From contig JAWMAR010000351.1 in NCBI GenBank assembly GCA_036785375.1, positions 868,001 through 932,000 of the forward strand: a stretch of DNA of 64,000 bases, read 5' to 3'. How positions within the stretch are numbered: the first letter of the stretch is position 1; each line of letters opens with the position of its first letter. Source of the DNA: Leucoraja ocellata. Lineage: Eukaryota. A program made the translations under genes and the position numbers. Shown piece after piece: positions 17,639 to 29,600 of the stretch. The notes below the pieces were generated by a model. The model was given only the letters and a program-made list of their open reading frames with translations, ran no database searches and was not told where the DNA came from.

Positions 17639-20600
17639 GTGAGTTAGTGGGAATTAGGATATTTCAAGATCTGTGTAGTTTCACAACACGTACAATATAA
17701 TTGTGAATTCAATTATATCAACATGTATGTAGACAACTAAATGTTCATGTGTTAGTTAGGATATTCTTGACATGAACCTGTCCTTGCATGTACATAAACA
17801 AACACTGCATGTGGAGGAAGGAACTGTAGATGTTTGTTTACACCGAAGATAGACACAAAATGCTGGAGTGACTGGAGAAAAGGAATGGGTGACGTTTCGG
17901 GTTGAGACCCTTCCGAAACTGCATGACGCGTATCTTTCATCCAGTTAATTTATATTTGCAAACTTTAATTATTTCCTATATGTTTTTAAATAGATGAGGA
18001 ACTATGATTGATTGTGGTACTTTGATCGTGGTGGAAAATGATTTGTTCCTGTGTTTTAATGCGAATTTGTGCGTAATGTGTAGGATATAAATGATGTATT
18101 TATATACTTAACGGCTTCAGAATATCACAGAGACATACACACCTTCTTTAGGTGACAAATTTCTATTTGCACTTATTCCTCTTCTGCATACATTTGTTGA
18201 ATGGCAGATATGTACATGTTTGCAACATTATACAAAAATCTGCATTGTTTTCTATGATTAATGTAAAAGAAGCTAGTTCTCAACACCGATGTCGTGGTCA
18301 ATATTTGTCGCTCCGTTAGCAATACGAAAGCAGATAATCTAAGCAAATTTATTGCATAATCTTATGTCATAATCTTTGGCATTGGCATTTTCTATATAAT
18401 GATTCTGATCCAACTTCAGTTAGATTTTATTGGTTGTGAAGCCTGAAGGTAGTTTACAAAAAAAGGTCTTCAATAATGAAGTTGAACAAATGTACAGTGA
18501 TACGGGAGTTAAATTCATGGATTAGCAATCCAAAGACCTGAAATAATATTGAGAGACCCGATTTAAATCACACAATGCTGCTGTGAAATTTAAGTTCAAT
18601 TAATATCAATCAATTTGGAAAAATAATAACATCTTAGACCACAAATATGATCAAATCGATGGTAGAAACACATCTGATTCACTTGTGTCGTTCAGATAGG
18701 GAATCTGCCAGCCCTGTATGGTATAACTTCCGTGTGACTCCAAATTATCATTAAGAGTGTTTGAACAAAAATTGCAAGTATCAACCCCTCTTCCCCCCCC
18801 CCCCTCCACTACCACCCTGATCCTTCCCTTTCTCCATATGCTTCTCCCATCTCCATCTCAATTTTTCATTTTATCCTCCCTCTTTCCTGTTTCTCATAGC
18901 CCCTTATTTCTCCCTCTGCCATTATATTCCACACCTTCTCTTCTTTCCTTAGCTGACACCTTTTATCTTCTTTTCACCTCCAGTCTTTGTCTCTATTTCT
19001 ATCTCTATTTCACCCGTCTGACAATCACCCCCACTGCACCCCCATTTCACTGATATCCACTTCACACTTGCCAGCCTTTGTCCTGCTCCCACTTCTCTTT
19101 TCCAGCTTTTCCCTCCCTAATCCAACACTGAACTGAACAAGGATCGTGACCCAAAACATCATCTGTCCATTCCCTCCACAGATGTTGCCTGACCTGCTGA
19201 GTTTCTCCAGTGTTTTGCTCGTGATTCCAGCATTGCAGTCCCTTGTTTCCATTTCCATTATGAATGTTTGATACTAAAATAACTGGACAAACCTTTTTTG
19301 CACTGTTACTGCTACATTAAGAGAGAGAGTTTTGCAGATAGACTACCTGATATTGACCTAGGTATCAAATTAAGATACAACAAAGTTGCTTCCAGCTCGC
19401 TTGACCTGTGGAGTTCCTTAAACATCTGGGGAATGGTGTCAAAATTAGGAGTGTTTTGCAACAAACTGGTCGGGCAACAGTCTGACATTGTTGTTATTCA
19501 TGACAAGGTGCCAGACTCTCTCATCACAACCCTGCGTATGCACTAAAGATGGACACAAAAAGTTGAACAGTGGGACAGGCAGCATCTCTGGAGAGAAGGA
19601 ATGGGTGTCATTTCGGGTCGAAACCCTTCTTCAGACCTGCGTACACACTGTTCCACCTGCAGGGTAGAAATTCCAAAGGTGCCTGCAAAACGGTGGGTCA
19701 AAGGACCCGTTTCCATGCTGTATCTTTCAATCAATCACACAAAACAAGATGTTTTTAAATTACAGTGGGTAGTCAGCTCCTAATTCATATGCCTGCAAAT
19801 TTATACAAGGGAAGAATGTATTGGAACAGTCAAGTTTAGAAGTCATAGATGAAGATTTTGAGTTGAGTCTGAATTTGGGAATAAATGTGCAAATATAAAA
19901 TTCATCATAGAGAAATGGGAAGAGGTTTGTTTTTTATAACACCAAGTATGTATTTCCAACATTAATAGGGAGAAGAATAAGTTTGTGAGATCAAACACAA
20001 TACATTCCACAACCTTTCAGCATATCAGTGCTCCATTATAAGAATAACTCAAAGCTTCTCAATTGACCAAATGCTTTGGAAAAGTGCTATGCATGTGCCA
20101 GTCTTTGCTTTCAAATCAAGTTAGTCAAATAATTATTAGGAAGCAGAAATGTAAACTTCCAGATCCTTTTTTTGGATGAACAAAGGAGATATGATGACAC
20201 CATGCAGATATTAATTTTATTTAACCGCAAATTAACTTGGGCACTAACTAAATTGCACTGTATTGCGATGAAGAGGCAAGTTCAGACATCTGGCAGGGCG
20301 TTCAAATAAATTTGAAATTGGTCTGAGCTTTCTTTGGGACTGCGCCAAAAATAAAAACAGTTCATGGAAACAAACTGCAAAACCAAACACCGTGACAAGG
20401 TTGCTTTTATAGATTTGGCATAAAATGCTGCACAAGCCTTTGATATCTTAGAACGTAGGTGGATAAATCTTTTGTGGGGAGGGCAAAATTGTCTGAATTA
20501 CCTCGGAGGACTAGTCGGATTAAATATGTACAATGTAAATTATACGAAAACAGATACTGAACTTTAGCCACAGAAATTAATTTGCTCGCATTTACCAGAC

Positions 20601-23600
20601 TAGTTTCTGACAAGATTGTTATTGGACTGCTATTGTGCAGTAACAATCTCCTTGTTTAAAATATAGGGAATCGAAACTAGTGATTTTGTCTGCTTAACAA
20701 GATCATTTACGTTGCCATGTTGAATGGCAACGTAAATGGCAATACGTTGAACCTTATATACGTAGTGTAATTTTAACCACAAGGAAAGTGTGGTTTTGAA
20801 TTAATTGAGAGGTTAAAATTTGAAAATTTTCACAGCCCTGTCAGGCCCACAAAAATTTAGTTTTAATGCTGATATGACACCAATTTTGAGACTGGTTTGA
20901 AGAGTTTGCAGGTTGTAAAGCTAGAGAGACAAAATTGCAATGCAGGAGGGAAGGGGATGAGTGGAGGGGAGAAATAGGTGGAACTAATTAGCTCTTGGAG
21001 ACCTTGACATTCTCATCAAGCCCCGGTGTTTATCAAGAGAATTATTTTACGACCATATTTAAATTTTAGGATGCAGTACCATCTTTTTGTAATTTAATCC
21101 CCTTGTGTTCCACTTAATCTGATACTTTCCTTTTTGTTCTTTCATGTCCACTCCACACTCGTCTGCATCCTTGACATTTATTTATGACTTTTCCATGTTC
21201 CTGTTATGTTTAATCTGTCCCTTGCTGAATTGCTGAGTGTTTCAAATGTTTTGTAAAATTCAGATCAGATTTGTGGCAATTACAGTATTTTGGTTTTAAA
21301 TTGCTGATGTCATAAAAGTTTATTAGTTTGGGTCTTTTGATGAGATTTCTGATGAGTTTTAAAAGATGTAGTCCTTGAGACCATTGAGGTCTGCTTTGAT
21401 GTAAAATAAGTGACTAATCAGTCAAGTATCCACAAAGTAATTTTCTTCTCATCCTAATCTGAGGAGAATGAGGCAGTGCAGCGTAGATTGAAAAAACTAG
21501 GCTTGTATTCACTGGAGTTTAGAAGGATGAGGGGGATCTTCTAGAAACATATACAATTATTAAAGGACTGGACAAGCTAGATGCAGGAAAAATGTTCCCA
21601 ATGTTGGGCGAGTCCAGAACCAGGGGCCACAGTCTTAGAATAAAGGGGAAGCCATTTAAGACTGAGGTAAGAAAAAACGTTTTCACTCAGAGGGTTGTGA
21701 ATTTGTGGAATTTCCTGCCACAGAGGGCAGTGGAGGCCAAGTCACTGGATGGATTTAAGAGAGAGTTCGATAGAGCTCTAGGGGCTAGTGGAATCAAGGG
21801 ATATGGGGAGAAGGCAGGCACGGGTTATTGATTGGGGAAAATCAACCATGATCACAATGAATGGCGGTGCTGGCTCGAAGGGCCGATTGGCCTCCTGCAC
21901 CTATTTTCTATGTTTCTATGTATATCCGTCATGATTGTCTCTTGATTTGAGTTTGTGCTTCATTGGATCCCGAGGTGACGTAGATCTGTGTTCGGGATTA
22001 ATTTCTACCTGTAGAAATTGCACACGTTTACCTGAACTTTGGGAAAACTTTTTCCTCTTTCTATTCCACCTCCCTTTCCAGGTTCAAAGGCGAGGCATTT
22101 CTTTGAAGCAGGTTCTTGCTCAGTAGATGCTGTGGTTCTTTCCAACTTGTGATGTTTTTTTTCTTTCATGTGTTTTTGTTGCATTTTCTTTTGACTACCA
22201 GAAGATTTCTGGCATGATTGTCCTGGGAGGGGTGATCCTGTTGGGGTGTTGACAGTTGAATCTGCATGCAATGTACAATGCAATGGGTGGATGCAGGAAA
22301 ATAATTTTCTTTATTGCTGCCTATGTTGAGAATACAGATGTTGGCTATGTGCCTACTTTATAGGGATAGTTTTTGAGGGACATTATTGGTGATATTTCTT
22401 TAGCCTGTGCAAGTGGTTAGCTGTGATGTAACTGGAGCAGAGTAGGCTCAAGAGGAACAAATACCCTACTCCTATCCTTTTGCATTTAATGAGCATCACC
22501 AAAACTTTAAAACTATTGGAGTGACATGCTGGAGTATGTGGATTTTTTTGCCTGAGGTGTGCAACTTTATAATTGTGATAGCTAGTTCTTGGCATAAATT
22601 AATAAAAATTTAAAGAACCATTTCATCAATAAAAAATAAGTATAAGCTGTATATTAGTTGTTGCTTACAGTGTTACATGATTAAAATACGACTTTACAGT
22701 GACATGGAAAATGCAGCTGAGCACATTCAGTCGAGCTGAGAACTGTCAGTCAAGCATAGAAATCATAGAACATAGAAAAACAGAAAAATAGGTGCAGGGG
22801 AAGGCCTTTTGGCCCTTCGAGTCAGCACCGCTATTCAATATGATCATGGCTGATCATCTAAAATAGTACCCTGTTCCGCTTTTTCCGCATATCCATTGAT
22901 TCCCTTAGCCCTAAGAGCTAAATCTAACTCTCTCTTGAAAACATGCAATGAAATGGCCTCTGTGGCAGAGAAGTCCACAGATTCGCAGCTCTCTGAGTGA
23001 AAATGTTTTTCCTCATCTCAGTCCTATATGGCCTACCCCTTATTTTTAAACTGTGACCCCTGGTTCTGGACTCCCCCACCATCGGAGATATTTTTCCTGC
23101 GTCTAGCCTGTCCAATCCCTGAAGAATTTTATATGTTTCTATAAGATGCCCTCTCATCCTTCTAAATTCCAGTGAATACAAGCCCAGGCGACCCATTCTT
23201 TCATCATATGTCAGTCCTGCCATCTTGGGAATTAGCTTGGTGAGCCTACGCTGCACTCACTCAATAGCAATAATGTCCTCCTTAAAATTAGGAGACCAAA
23301 ATTGCACACGATACTCCAGGTGTGGTCTCACCAGGGCTTTGTACAACTGCAGTAGAACCTCCTTGCTTCTAAACTCAAATCCTCTCGCAATGAACGCCCA
23401 CCTGCCATTAGCTTTCTTCACTGCCTGCTTACTTTCAGTGACTGATGTACAAGCACACCCAGGTCTCGTTGCATCTCCCCTTTTCCTAATCTGACACCAT
23501 TCAGATAATGGAAGGTAGACACAAAATGTTTAGAACATGTTGCTGGATTGGGACACCACCATCCCTGCTCTTACAAATGGCACTTCCATAAGATGTTAAA

Positions 23601-26600
23601 AACAAAGTATTCAGCAACAAAAATTTGCAATGCCCTTGCACAAGTTCTTGGACTAATGGAAATTGTGGCACCCTTGCTCATGAACATTAGTTCTTGGAAC
23701 TCCGGTGCTGTGACTGTCTAGCATGGAGCAATAGAATTTGTAATCCCTTTCCACAGTTTGCGAATTTGGCCGTAAGAATGATTTTCAATGGATTGGAATG
23801 TCCCTTCCCTTCACTAGGTCTTCTCTGTTCTACTTTCTTTGTTGACAATGATAGACATCTTACCATTTGACTGATTAATGACTAAATACAGTAAGATCCT
23901 CAAGTATGAGGATATACTTTCCTTTTATTGACTCGGAGGAAGTTTAACAATTCTTTTTTGTTTAATTCCTGCTGTAGGTTTCTTGTTTGTATACCCTGCA
24001 TTATCCAGAAGCCTGCGAGCGACTGCTGCATGTCACTGGCGTGTCGTGGAATGCAACCGGCTCTGTTATTGCTTGTTCATATGGCAGGTATTGTGACAAA
24101 TAACCAAGATCGTCCATCTGTTCATTGTTGGTATTCTTGACTGAGATGAATACTTGCTGGCCTGGTTTGGGTGATCTTATTGCTGAATGTGTCAGTGAGT
24201 CGGGAAGCACAACGATAAGATCTCACAAATCAAGCAAGCCAATTATTCACTTCCATCAAGATTCTTCGATCAATTTCTGTGTAGGAAATGCTCTCAGGAA
24301 TGATATGTGGAATGCATAGGCAGCTATTGATACCATTGTTTAGACCATTGATACTGGAAATTCAGTTCACTGTGGAACTCCTTTGGCAAATGCCGTGTAT
24401 TGTTTCTTGATGGAAAGATGGAGACAGATACACTTGATGTATAAAAGTATGAATTTACTATGCTACTTATGCTTTTACTATGCTACTTATGCTCTTAACA
24501 TTTAGGAAATGGAAGAATATCAGATGTCTGCTTGGATCTAGCACATCTGGCATATAATGTTCATTTAAACTAAATTAGGAAAATGTTTGTTTGGATACTG
24601 TGATCAATGCATACTATCAATTAGAACTACAAGGGAAATGTTAAATCACTCAAAGTTGCTGAAAGGCTAGCAAATCATTTAAGCCTGTCTTCTTGGAGAT
24701 CTGATGGAACACAGACAAATGAAACAATTAATGGAATTGCATGCCAGGATTATCCTGAGTGGAACTGTATTGTAGTCTATTTTGAATTGTTATTGAAAAG
24801 ACTCACTATGTTGACTGCTGTCAGGAGCAGTAGAATAGTTTTAAAAGATCGTCATTTACCTTGTGTTATTTGCTTGTCTAGCTTGCCCTTAAATAGATCC
24901 ATCTTATTTGCCTCAACATCTGTTATAATGAGTACCAGTTCTCTCTGCTCATTGGGTTAGTAAAATTGGGTCATTCTTAGCCATCTCTTTTTACGAGTTT
25001 TGGGATGCAAGCTATTCATTCTTTTCTGATCGTGGAATCGCATTTTAGTTTAAATTTTAGAGATATGCAGCGCGGAAACAGGCCCTTCGGCCCACCAAGT
25101 CCGCGCCGACCTGCGATCCCTGCACACATTAGCACTATCCTACACACACTAGGGACAATTTACACATATACCAAGCCAATTAACCTACATACCTGTACGT
25201 CTTTGGAGTGTGAGAGGAAACCAAAGATCTCGGAGAAAACCCACGCGGTCACGGGGAGAACGTACAAACTCCGTACAGACAGCACCCGTGAACAGCAGCA
25301 ACACTACTGTTGTGCTGCCTATAATTGTGCTTTTTTAAAAAAAAAGTTTGAAGGAACTTCTAATATAAGTTTTTGTAAGTCTTAAAGCTACATGATCTTT
25401 GTTAATGAATTAATATTGGCTGGCAGCTTCCGGTTCATGGTGGAAAAATACCCAAATTAGTTCTTCGTCACTATTTTCCTTGAAAAATGCACTCAAAAAT
25501 GAATGATTTTCACAATTGGTAAAATTACTTATTTTTATTAGTATTTATTAATTTGGAGACCGCTAGTAAATGTACCTATATATGTTTGTAACATGCTTTT
25601 AGAGTTGCCCAGAATAATATTTAATAATTACAGGTTACAAGATGGTGACTGGAGCACAGAGAAATCTTACGTGTGTACTTGGAATCTGGATCGCAGAGGA
25701 TTGAACCCAAACCGACCAAATGTTGTGATTTATGTTTCCAGTGCTGTCATGAGCCTGGCATTTCACCCAACAGAACCTTCTTTGATTGCTGGTATGTATT
25801 TTGGTTTTGATTTTTGAAGTTTGTATCTCTCCATCGAAGGGGAACTATAATTGGACCATTGAACTAATCTCAGATTTTGAAGGAATTCGATGAACTAAAG
25901 ACTTGCACATATACAAAATTGCAGGATGCACATTGCAACCAAGTGGGTAGATCTACTATTTAACAAATCAAATTCCTGCAAATAGTAATGTGCCAATGTC
26001 TCTGTTTTGATATTGGTTGGAGTTTATTTAGTTGAGGTTAGGGATGAACTCGCCTGTTCCCAAAGATTTTAGTGGCATGGGGTTTAAAACTGAAATACAG
26101 TAGAGTAAATCAATACAAAAGAGTTAAGAGTCTAGAGTGTGTAATTATCAGTGGGTCCAAAACAATGACATTCTTATTTGCTGCAGCTTTAGAGACATAT
26201 TTGTGCAATAAATAAATAAACACCAAACAATAATACAATAAATTATCAGTTGCATTAGGTAACCAGGCCATAATAGTGCAAGCCAACGTATGTAGTACAT
26301 ACATATGCTTGGTCCCTAGTTCTTTGGTGCTGAGGGTTGTGGTTAGAGTTGTGCATAATTGTTCAAGAGCCTGATGGTTGATAGGAAGAAGAGCTATGGT
26401 TCTCTGGCTCCTGTACCACTTTTCCCTTGGTAGCAGCTAAGGTACTAGGGTACCAGCTGTGACCAGGGTAGCATAGATCTTTGATTTTAGCTGTGTTTTG
26501 AGGCAGCACTTCCTGTCGAGCTGTCTTCAATGCTGTGGATGTCAATAGCCAATATGAACCATTTGTTTACATTGGCTCATTATTGAATCTCATTTAGTCA

Positions 26601-29600
26601 ATTGCTTGTTGATCAAAATATTTTCTAGAACGTGAATTGGATTTGGGTTGATGCAAATGAATTAGAGACTAAAATTATGGCCCAGTTCTTACTGGTGAAG
26701 AAATTGTTCAATGTTTTTCTTGCAAGGTAAATTTTGAAATGAACTGAGCTAACATTTGCTTTTGTTTCATACTGGGTTAACCTACAGAGATTATGCTGAG
26801 GTTTCCATGCCCTAATCAAACTAGATTTGAAATGTTGAACAATTTCCAGAAAGTACTTTAATGCTTTTGAAAGTTTGTATTGGAACATAAGAAATTCACC
26901 AGGACAGATCATGATGAAGCTTTGGAAAAGGTATGATATTATGGTTTGGGAGATTTTGCGGTTTGAGAGACGAAACGTAACATTCCGAGGGAGTTTATTG
27001 ACTGGAAGCCATGAGGCTATTTCCCTATGGGACAACCCTGAATTAGGTGCGTCGTATCAAGGTAAGAGTTGGCCACTGAAGCTGAGATGAGGAGGAATTT
27101 ATTTTCTGAAATGTTTCTAGGGAATTCTCATTCCTAGACAATCAGTAAGTACTTTCAGGACTGTGTTGGGTAGATTTTTGGTGCTACTAGGGTTATGAGA
27201 ATCAGGCAGAAAAGCATCAAGGCCAAGGGTCATATCTTACTAATGATGGAAGAGGTCTGTGCTGCATGTCCAATTTTATTTATTTCTTGTGTCTTCTGTC
27301 TTATATGTGCACTTGATCATGAGGAATAGAGACTGGGTGGGTAAGTTGTTCGAAGTACTGGAAAATATTTGCAGCACGAACGCAGATCTAACTGGTCTGA
27401 ACCAATATTTATACTCTGGATGTGACGTCTCTCACTCCTAATGGCATATCCTCCAGAGAAGTGTCCTCGGTACGAGCTGTTGCATCACTAAAACAGCACA
27501 GCACCGTGAAAGGCCCAGTCGCGTCACTACAGGTTCTCCCCGATTACGACAGGATTTTGTTCCTGAGAACTATTCATAATCTGTATTGTTCACGTTGGAA
27601 ATATGGCTACCTGGCAATATAGTTCAATAAAATCATTATCGAGGTTTTTTTAAACAAAATATAATATATAATTGATGCCATCTTGAATGTATTGATTTAT
27701 GCTAAATACACCAAAGCTACAGCCTGCCCCTAATGGAGGAGCAGGCAATCACTGAAAGCTGTTTCTGGATTTTTATGCTTTACTGCACATGACCTTAATA
27801 TCAGATTTTCCTCATTTTGTCAGTGATTGCTGTGAGCTTTATCATTTGTACATTCCATCCCTTTACTGCATATCTTTTTTAACAAATACATTGAGAATCG
27901 ATGATGTCTTGGTCAGCACTTTTTGAAAATTCCCCAAAGCATACACAGTAATTATTGAAATGTAATATAACATTATTGAAATATTAGGTATTTGAAGAGC
28001 TCAAAGAGACAACATAATATTTCAAAATGCCCTTATGCAATATAATAATTTAAGTTGTAGTTCACGCAGTACATCATTACTACCACTGGAGGAGTTAAGA
28101 GTGTTTAATTGTCATATGTAGTGAAAATGGAACAATGAAATTATTTCTTGCAGCAGTAAAAGCAACATGCATTCACAAGTCACTGATGGTCAACAAAGGG
28201 GAGAGACAGGTTACTAGACGATTATTAGCTTTCATTGCATGAACCCAGTTCTCTTTGAACATCAACACCATCCAATTTCTCAGCATAGCAGCAGCACTGT
28301 AGTGCTTTGATGTTATATGTTGGTAGTGAACTAACATGTAGTCCCAGTTTTGCAACTTCACAAAATTGGCACCTCATTTTTAAGTATTCCTGGCAAGCCC
28401 TTCTGCACTGCTCTTTAAAGCTACGTTCATCTCCTGGGCTAGATTGTAGTGATAGGATAAATCTATAGATGACGATAGACCTTTCCACAATTCCTTGTGA
28501 ATACTTAGTTCTAAGTTACCAAATATATTCCTAGTCTATTCCATTCAACATGTTCGTTCAATGTGAAGATGGGGCTTTGTCTCTTTTAAGAGCACTGTGG
28601 CCACATCTACAGTGCTTTTGTGAAGGTCAGGTAGGTTCATCGTTCATTTAAATTCATTCACTACCAGCTGCTGAAGCACCTTGGCTGTTATTCCTTCAGG
28701 ACTCTGCTACCTTCATCTCTGGATGCTGCCAAGCCATTCACATTCCCCATCCAGAGTACTTGCTACAAAGGTCAATGAGAGCGTGGAGGACCACCGGGAA
28801 GGAGGGAGGTGAAGAACAATGGAGGACCCGGTGTGGGGGGGACCGCTGTGAAGGAGGTAGGGGGAGAACAAAGGACAATGGGGACCCGACGTGGGGGGGG
28901 GGCCACTGTGGGGGAGGGGGGAAGAACAAAAGGAGGAGCTGGCGTGCTCTGTAACTTTGTCAGTGCTGTAGGTGGCTGCTATTTGTATACGTTGGGTATG
29001 CAAACAAAGACTTTCATTGTGCCTAGCCACATGTGACAATAAAGTATTCCATTCCATACTTTCACTACTTCCAAGTTGTTCATTATGGAGGAGCAGTGAT
29101 TCTTGTGTATTGGTGCATGAAAATCAAGAGTTGGTATGTGTTTGTGAAAAGTACTTAGCATGGATTATTGAATGTTGCCCTTTATTGCTAGTGGTATGGA
29201 GTGTAAAAGTAGGGAACCTTTAATTGAAATTTACAGAGCGTTGGTGAGACAGCACCTGAAGTATTACTTACAATTTTGGTTTCCATATTTAAAGAGGGAT
29301 ACACTTGCATTGCAGACAGTACAGTGACGGTTTGTTGAGTTGAACCCTGGGATGATGCTGGTGACATGAAGAGGGTGCCCCTACAATATAAGTGTGGAAG
29401 AATGGGAATTTTATTTAAATGTATATTTGAGAGGTTTTAACAGAATGGTGCAGAGGGTCCCCTAGTGTAGTTATCTGGAATGAGTGAGCATTGTTTCAGA
29501 ATGAGGGTCTGTATACCAATTTACGATGGAGATGAGATATTTCTCTGAGGGCTCTGAGAGTTGTCTCTTTGGGATTCCATACCCCAGAGAGCATGATGAT

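Noticed and set aside
24454-24493. 20-bp tandem duplication
   Set aside because: Simple slippage duplication with no further structure.
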